Notes under the pieces: generated by a model | The model's input: only the letters and a program-made list of their open reading frames with translations | Database searches by the model: none | Told to the model about the DNA's origin: nothing | DNA from: Candidatus Hydrogenedentota bacterium | Lineage (GTDB): Bacteria; Hydrogenedentota; Hydrogenedentia; Hydrogenedentales; SLHB01 | Reading direction: 5' to 3' | DNA: 64,000 bases | NCBI GenBank assembly: GCA_963668025.2 | Contig: CAXXTH010000021.1 | Coordinates: 50,854 to 114,853 of the forward strand | Program-made: the position numbers and the translations under genes | In this document: positions 57,401 to 64,000 of the stretch, one piece after another | Position numbering within the stretch: the first letter of the stretch is position 1 | Layout: every line of letters begins with the position of its first letter

Positions 57401-58009
57401 GGTTCAAGGTTGGTAGTAGCAGGACAAATGGTGCTGCTTTGGCCGGAAGAAGGCTGCCCGTCTATCGAGAACAGGAATAGCGCCAAAATAGGGAAATGGA
57501 TGTCCCGAAGGGACAACCCACTATAGCCCAGGGCCGACCGCCGCCCGAAGGGCAAGGGAGCCCCTGGGAATAAGCGCCCCCAATGAATTGTCCTGAAGGG
57601 ACATCCCAAGAGCCATTCTTTTCACGCCATCAATGTGTTGTAGATCATCGCAGAAGCGCTGAGGACGCGAAGTTTCGCGGAGGGGATGTCTGCTCCGCGA
57701 AACTCCGCGTTCTTTGCGTTCTCTGTGTTAAAGAAGCTCCGCCGCCGGATACTTCCAGGTATCAATAGTGTGAAATGGCTCGCTTTTGGGATGCCCATAC
57801 AGGGCATTTCGGAGGGGGGGGCATTTGTACCCAGGGACGCCCTTGCCCTTCGGGCGGCGGCCGGCCCTGGGCTGTGTTGGGCAGTCTCTTCGAGACACCT
57901 TTCCCGGATTCCACCATGGTGGTGGTTTTCTATTGCCAGTGATACAAAACATGCCTTTCGCCTGCATTGATACGGTAGGTCTCGTTTCCGCTACATCCAA
58001 TCTTGAACC
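57401..58009. repeat. Nested ~610-bp imperfect palindrome
   Basis: 57401-57420 pairs with 57990-58009; 57501-57617 pairs with 57774-57897; inner hairpin at 57647-57729. Confidence 0.8.
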
Positions 58010-58450
58010 ATCCTGGCTTATATGAGATTTCCAGAATGACCAGGCAATTATGAAAATCAGTGGAAACGAACCAGTAGAGCCCGTCTGAAAAAGTATGCAT
58101 AACCCTGGTATTGTTGTGGGGATTTTTCATTTATAAGGATGGCCGGGCAGGCTGATTTCCATAATCCATTTATAAAGCTTGCAAAATGGTATTCGTTCTG
58201 ATAAAAAATTAGCATGTGTTTTGAATAGGTGTTCCGGAGCGGGAGGCATGGATCTCCCGGGGCGGAGCAGGCGCGTAACAGGGTAGGAAGGCGCATTGAT
58301 GCACACGACGACAAAACATCTTCATGCCATTGCTGTCTCGCAATGGGTAGCCGTGCGAATTATGGGCGCCGCATCCGCTATCCGTTTTAGCGGACGAAGC
58401 CCTGGGGCGGGCCGGGCGATGTAGAATCACATCGCATATACGGCAGAACC

Positions 58451-58496
58451 AAACGCCGCAGGGCCAGCAGAAAGGCTCGGCGGCGTTTTTATTTTT
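58451..58496 (+). terminator. Intrinsic terminator upstream of the sigma4-like gene
   Basis: AAACGCCGC...GCGGCGTTT ending in TTTTTATTTTT. Confidence 0.65.
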
Positions 58497-58728
58497 CGGA
58501 TGGTGGCATAAGAACAGCAATAACCGTTTGTCCATGACCGGGCAGGCATAACGAAGGGCTGATAAAAAGGCCGAAACAAAAAAAGGAGCACTACCATGGA
58601 ACTCTTCACGCGCATCTATATGGAATCCGTACCCGCTGGCATTCATATTTCGAGATTCCGAGCCAGGAATCTGGGGTCAGGAGGGTTAGAACGAGAACGT
58701 AGCGCCAAGCAGCAAGGAGTACTAAAAA

Positions 58729-59151
58729 ATGGCACAGTTCAATTCGGATTTCTGGGAAGTCTCTATCGGGGCTGATTTTCTTGAGAATATTCCGGCCGAG
58801 AAGGCCTTGTGGTATGAAACGGATCAAGATCGTGAACGGCGGTATGCGCTAGAAGAGTTCTTTAAGAGTGTGATGCCGGCGGTTCAGGAGTTGATTGTAG
58901 CTAAGCTGACAGCGCGCCAGCAGGAGATATTGCGGTTGTATTATTTTTGCAATATGACGCAAGAGGATATCGCCGATGCGCTACGGCTTACCCAGTCCAC
59001 CGTGAGCCGGCATTTGTTCGGCACGGCCCGAAATGGCAAGCGCGTGGGAGGAGCCATTCCCAAGCTCCAAAAAGCGGTTGATCGGACCAACGAACAACGA
59101 ATTTCCACCGCTTTGGAAGCGCTTCGGTTACGCTTTCAGCGGGCGGCATAA
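58729..59151 (+). CDS. Sigma70 region 4-type HTH protein
   Basis: LTARQQEILRLYY...MTQEDIADAL...STVSRHL; AAGGAG RBS; no region 2 visible. Confidence 0.85.
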   Translation: MAQFNSDFWEVSIGADFLENIPAEKALWYETDQDRERRYALEEFFKSVMPAVQELIVAKLTARQQEILRLYYFCNMTQEDIADALRLTQSTVSRHLFGTARNGKRVGGAIPKLQKAVDRTNEQRISTALEALRLRFQRAA

Positions 59152-59155
59152 ATAG

Positions 59156-59187
59156 TGCGGGCGCCTCTTTGGGGGCGCCCGCATTTT
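59156..59187 (+). terminator. Intrinsic terminator
   Basis: TGCGGGCGCC...GGCGCCCGCA followed by TTTT. Confidence 0.7.
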
Positions 59188-59303
59188 ATAAAATATGCGC
59201 GCCACGAAAAATAATACCGTGTTAGCGCTTGATAACTCCCTCTAAGAAGTGGTATTCCATTGGCGTGCTGTGCCTGTTCTGAATGGGATACGGGGATTTT
59301 GCC

Positions 59304-60323
59304 ATGAATAGCGATACGGGAGAAGCAATTGGCAGGCTTTTGTCCGCCACTCAAAATTTGCATGTCCGTGTAGGAGGCGCTCGATCCGCCGCCAGCACGT
59401 TGATCGCATCGGTGCGGCGCGAACTGGACCGGCTCCAGCAAGAACTCGAATCGCATGAGGTGACGCCTGATCTTCGGATGGAGCTCGAACGGCTGCGGCG
59501 TGAGCGGGATTACCTGCGTGAAGAACTGGCGGCCGCTCGTTCCGGTATTGCCCAAAAGCACGGGGAGATCGCCGTGCTCAAAAAAGAGCTTCAGAAGGCT
59601 TGGGAGGAATGCGACGGGCAGCATCGCCGGATAACGCAACTCGAAACGGAATTGCGTGCGGTGCGCGAACCTCTTACACATCCTCTTCCTGTAGAACCGG
59701 AGATGCCCGAAATAGAGGAAGTCCAATCTCCGGCGGCTGTCGTGAATGAGCAGCCAGTTCAAGAGCTGGAGGCTCGAGTATTTGGGTTCGGCTCTCCACA
59801 TATGGAATCTTCGCATGTGGAATCCTCTCATGCGGAATCGCTGCATGCCGATTCGCCGTATACGGATTCTTCTCAAATCGATCCGCAGCAAATGCAGCTT
59901 GGGGAGATTCTTGTCCACTCGAAAACAGTTACAAAAGCGCAGTTAGCCGAGGCGCTCCGAGAGCAAGCCGCCGATACGCGGCGCAAGCTAGGCGCTATCT
60001 TGATCGCTAAAGGATATGTGGACGAGCAAGGTATTGCGGAAGTGCTGGCTAAGCAGCTTGGGCTGCCCTTCGAGCATCTAAGCGCCAACGCCATTGAGGC
60101 GAACGCCGTAGCGGCGCTGCCAGCGCGTTTGGCGAGATTGCACAAATGCGTTCCGCTTCGTATCCAGAATGAGCATTTATGCATTGCCATGTCGAATCCG
60201 CTCGATATTATCGCCATTGATGAGGTGGAGTGGGCCACGAAACGCCATATATCCGTGGTGGTGGCTACGAATACGGATGTCGAGCGCGCCATCGAGTATT
60301 GCTACAATAGCCAGCACGATTAG
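59304..60323 (+). CDS. Coiled-coil protein with MshEN / T2SS-E N-terminal domain, no ATPase
   Basis: QLGEILV...QLAEALREQ...KLGAILIAKGYV, AMSNPLD; start 59283 or 59304. Confidence 0.82.
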   Translation: MNSDTGEAIGRLLSATQNLHVRVGGARSAASTLIASVRRELDRLQQELESHEVTPDLRMELERLRRERDYLREELAAARSGIAQKHGEIAVLKKELQKAWEECDGQHRRITQLETELRAVREPLTHPLPVEPEMPEIEEVQSPAAVVNEQPVQELEARVFGFGSPHMESSHVESSHAESLHADSPYTDSSQIDPQQMQLGEILVHSKTVTKAQLAEALREQAADTRRKLGAILIAKGYVDEQGIAEVLAKQLGLPFEHLSANAIEANAVAALPARLARLHKCVPLRIQNEHLCIAMSNPLDIIAIDEVEWATKRHISVVVATNTDVERAIEYCYNSQHD

Positions 60324-60365
60324 CCGGTTTATGTGAGGCTCCCGGCCCGATGAAGGAGTGAATCC

Positions 60366-61145
60366 ATTTCTATACTATCGGCATTGGTCATAGCGTTCAG
60401 CCTTGCCTCGCCGCCCTTATACACCCTGTCCGAAGCGGATCTCAGCGCCTTCGCGGCAGAACTGGCTGCGCGGGAGCCTAATTTTGGCGTGCGGCTGGCT
60501 GCCGTGGCCCAGGCAAGCTTGGGCATGCCCTACTCCGACGGCCCCTTAGGTGAAGGGCCTGATGGGCGGTATGACCATGACCCCCTCATCGATTTCTCGA
60601 AGGCGGACTGCGTCACCTTTGTAGAACAATCGATTGCCTTGGCCGCATCAAGCTCGTATCCAGAGGTGTTCGATACGCTTCAACGCATCCGGTATCGCGA
60701 TGGCGTAGTGGATTTTGGCCATCGCAATCATTTCATGCTGGCGGATTGGATCCCCCACAATCGATTCTGCCGGGATGTTTCCCGTGAAGCCTGCCCGAAT
60801 CTCAGTGTGGAGAAGCGGACTATTGGCCGCAAGAAACTCTTCGTATTGAATCATGCGCCCGATCTGGCGGACGCCGTCCAGGATGAACCAATGGAAGCGG
60901 CATATATCCCCGCAGGCCAAGTGGCGGCGGTGGAAAAGAAATTGCCCAGCCCGGCGCTCATTTGTTTTATTGGCAAAGCGGACTGGCTGTTCGTGGTGCA
61001 TTGCGGGCTTTATATTCGCGGCGAGGATGGCCAGGGGCATCTGATTCATGCTTCCTCGAAAGAAGGCAAAGTGGTCCAAACAGGCCTTGCCGCCTTTGCA
61101 ACGCAGCCGGGGCGGTATCTGGGGATAACGGCATACGCCCATTGA
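60366..61145 (+). CDS. DUF1460 / NlpC-P60-like amidase
   Basis: GPLGEG, DCVTFVE, RNHF, HCG, IHASS; start uncertain (ATT 60366 or TTG 60384). Confidence 0.82.
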   Translation: MSILSALVIAFSLASPPLYTLSEADLSAFAAELAAREPNFGVRLAAVAQASLGMPYSDGPLGEGPDGRYDHDPLIDFSKADCVTFVEQSIALAASSSYPEVFDTLQRIRYRDGVVDFGHRNHFMLADWIPHNRFCRDVSREACPNLSVEKRTIGRKKLFVLNHAPDLADAVQDEPMEAAYIPAGQVAAVEKKLPSPALICFIGKADWLFVVHCGLYIRGEDGQGHLIHASSKEGKVVQTGLAAFATQPGRYLGITAYAH

Positions 61146-61215
61146 TAATCCCAACGAAAAAATGCTATCTCCCGCGCCGAATCAGGTAATTGCTGGAAAG
61201 CGCTAAGTGGCGCTA

Positions 61216-62563
61216 TTATTGTGTGTCCATCTGGCCCGTACATGCGGCGTCGCGGGCGTCTAGCGCATCCAAACGGTTCTTAAACTCGGCTTCTTTTCCG
61301 CGCTCCGAAGGGTGGTAATACGTTCCCCGGGGCACGCCGTAATTCTGTGTGACATACCCGTCTTCGTGGTCGTGGGCGTATTGATAGCCTTCGCCCCGGC
61401 CCCAGGCGTTTCGCGCCTGGATAATGGGCGTCGCGCAGGTGGGTGGGCACGGGAACCGTCTTGCCGTTTTTGACATCCTGCCGCGCTTCGCCAATGCCTA
61501 CAACCGCTGCATTGCTTTTGGGTGCGCATGCGACATAGGTAGCGGCTTGCGCCAAGATGATTTGAGCCTCGGGCAGGCCGATGAGTTCACATGCTTGGAA
61601 GGCCGATGTGGCCACGACTAAGGCCATGGGATCCGCGTTGCCCACGTCCTCGGACGCGCAGATGCAGATGCGCCGGGCGATGAAACGGGGTTGATCGCCG
61701 GCCTCGAGCATATAGGCCATCCAATACAGCGCCGAGTCGGGATCGGAGCCACGCATGCTTTTGATGAACGCCGACGCGGCGTCATAATGCTGGTCGCCCG
61801 CGCCATCGTAATGGATGAATTTGCGCTGGATGGATTCTTCGGCGATGTCACGGGTGATATGCACGGTTCCCGCCAGGGGAGGCGTGGTGAGCATGGCGAT
61901 TTCGAGGGCGTTCAATGCACGCCGCACATCTCCCTCCGAATACAAGGCGATGTGTTGCAGCGCGTCTTCATCCGCTTGCACGACGATGCCAGGAAGCCCC
62001 CGGTCGGAATGCGCCAAGGAGCGCTTGAGGAGGTGTACGACGGCATCTTCGTCCAGGCGGCGCAGTTCAAAGACTTGCGAGCGCGATAACAGTGGGGCGA
62101 CCACGGAGAAGAACGGATTTTCCGTCGTGGCCCCTACGAGGATGATATTGCCATTTTCGACATCCGGCAGGAGGGCGTCTTGCTGTGCGCGGTTAAACCG
62201 GTGGATCTCATCGACAAAGACGATGGTCTTGCGGCTATCTGAAATGCGGCGCTGCTTGGCGGCGCTGATGAGCTCGCGCAATTCTTTTACGCCGGAAGTG
62301 ACGGCGTTGAGATTCTCGAAAGCGGATTTCGTGCGCATGGCGATGATGCGCGCCAGGGCGGTCTTGCCCGTGCCGGGCGGGCCGTACAGGATGAGTGAGG
62401 TGACGCGGTCGGCCTCGATGGCGCGGCGGAGGATTTTGCCTGGGCCAAGAATGTGTTCCTGCCCGACAAGCTCATCGAGCGTGCGCGGCGCCACGCGCCG
62501 CGCCAGAGGCGCTTCCTTGCGCATGCGTTCTGATGCGGAATGTTCAAAGAGATCTTCGCCCAT
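61216..62563 (-). CDS. rarA: Replication-associated recombination protein A, frameshifted near 61400
   Basis: GPPGTGKT, DEIHRFN, KSMRGSD, SEDVGNADP, HLRDAHY; the conserved GYQYAHD tail is in another frame. Confidence 0.93.
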
Positions 62564-62694
62564 GAAGGGGATTCTACCTGATGGATGCGAAGCAACGCCA
62601 TTTTCTATTCAAGGAATATGGGTAAACACTGGCATTCGGCTCTACATATAGCATTCATCTCCACCCGCCATGGCTTGAGGGCAAGGTTCATGCG

Positions 62695-63616
62695 ATGGAT
62701 GGTTATAATGCCAATGAGCTGATTACCTGGTATTTGAGTTCAGACGGCACGTACACGATGACGTATGACGATTGGGGCCGTATGACACGAAGCGCTAAGG
62801 GCGGCGACACGTGGGACTACAGTTACCGGTATGGTGGCAAGTTCTATGGGTTCACGTCCAGCACGGGCAGCGATACGGTGTATGATTATCGCGGAGACGG
62901 AATGCGATGGAAGCGGTCCGTGGACGGAACCTGGGCAAATGTGTATTATTGGGGATGACAACTACACGGTTGTTAATGAACAGCAAAACGGAAGTCCGAA
63001 CCATCAGTTTACATATGTTGGCCGGACATTAGCGCATAGGGATCTGAACGTGGGCACGCAATCAGTCACGTGGACATATTACTACGGTGATCAGATTGGC
63101 TCCACAAGGCGTTTGCGGGATAGCGCAAAGAGTTCCGTGGCCCAGTTCGAGTTTGATCCCTACGGCCTCTTTTACGCTCAGTCCGGTACGACCAGCGCCA
63201 CTACTCATCTTTATGCAGGTCTTGATTACGACTCAGTCGGTGCGTTTCATTTCGCTCCGTATAGGACATACAAAGGCCATTGGGGTAGATGGTTCTCCCA
63301 AGATCCGCTCGGCATGGTTGATGCTCCTAACATGTATGCGTATGTAGAAGAAAATCCTGTGATAAATATAGATCGTCTGGGGCTATTTACGACCAAACAA
63401 TGCCGACAAGCTTGCCAGCAATGGGGCGAAGCTACACATCAAAAAGCTAGTACGATTCAAGCTTGCAAGTTCGTTTGCAGTGAATTACATGGTAATACGT
63501 GTCAAGGCTTGTTTAACAAGTGTACGCATGATAAAGGACACCGCTCAAAATGCGTGAACAAGCACTTTGTTGAATTATGCTTGGAATTTTATCTCTGGTT
63601 CTGCAACGGAAAGTAA
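62695..63616 (+). pseudogene. Orphan RHS core plus Cys-rich C-terminal domain, frameshifted at 62951-62954
   Basis: YDDWGR, DQIGS, FDPYG, GRWFSQDPLG, MYAYVEENP, IDRLGL. Confidence 0.82.
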
Positions 63617-64000
63617 TCCCATATCAGAGAAAAAAGGGATATGGTACATAACAATTCTAAAGAGAGGAAATGTCAGCCTTGTCAACAGGTTTAAAATCGA
63701 TAAAACGTGAACTGAATCCCACTGAATCCACCGGTTCTACGAAGAGAAATCATAAAGTTCCACCATTCCAGTGTGAATGAGTGAGATTATAAACGATCTT
63801 CCGTTAGGATATGTCCGACAGGTGAGGAAGCGAGTCATGAAAAATGGGAGAAGCTTAGCGCATTTGAAATGAGATTCTTATTATCACGTGTTCATTGTGG
63901 TTAAATATCATTGCAAAATATTTCTAGCAAGATGCGGCAATATAATCTGATCTGCATGTTGCTACGGATACCGTTCAAACGCAGGATGGCAATGACAATG

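Noticed and set aside
57361-58025. Two similar short ORFs (57361-57609 minus, 57786-58025 plus)
   Set aside because: Their similarity is explained by the DNA palindrome; there is no independent coding evidence.
63617-64000. RHS immunity gene
   Set aside because: Only very short ORFs are visible before the window ends.
1-64000. tRNA, rRNA, transposase or integrase genes
   Set aside because: None recognised in the sequence or the ORF track.

Overview
A GC-rich diderm bacterial chromosome segment. Lipid A genes, PEP-CTERM, zinc-ribbon proteins and GxxExxY suggest a poorly characterised lineage such as Ca. Hydrogenedentes or a PVC relative (inference only). Housekeeping blocks are lon-engB, lpxA-oxidoreductase-lpxB, queA, hypF-C-D, ahcY, purH(N-half)-purD, fabH-beta-CASP-lpxL, msrB, a dcw cluster from mraZ to murG, and rarA. 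Accessory material includes a Phd/VapC toxin-antitoxin pair, an orphan RHS module with a Cys-rich tip, a GxxExxY gene, GTGG/GTAG REP doublets and many inverted pairs of triple 9-10-bp units. The most unusual items are: (1) a signalling cassette whose three signalling domains are all degenerate (GGDEF, His kinase, receiver of a sigma54 activator), followed by a sigma54 promoter and a PEP-CTERM gene; (2) an XRE-HTH/pseudo-adenylate-cyclase regulator upstream of ahcY; (3) a STAS gene inside the dcw operon plus an enlarged MraY; (4) the GxxExxY-associated inverted-repeat family; (5) a penicillin-acylase homologue lacking its catalytic Ser. All calls come from reading motifs by eye; no database searches were run.
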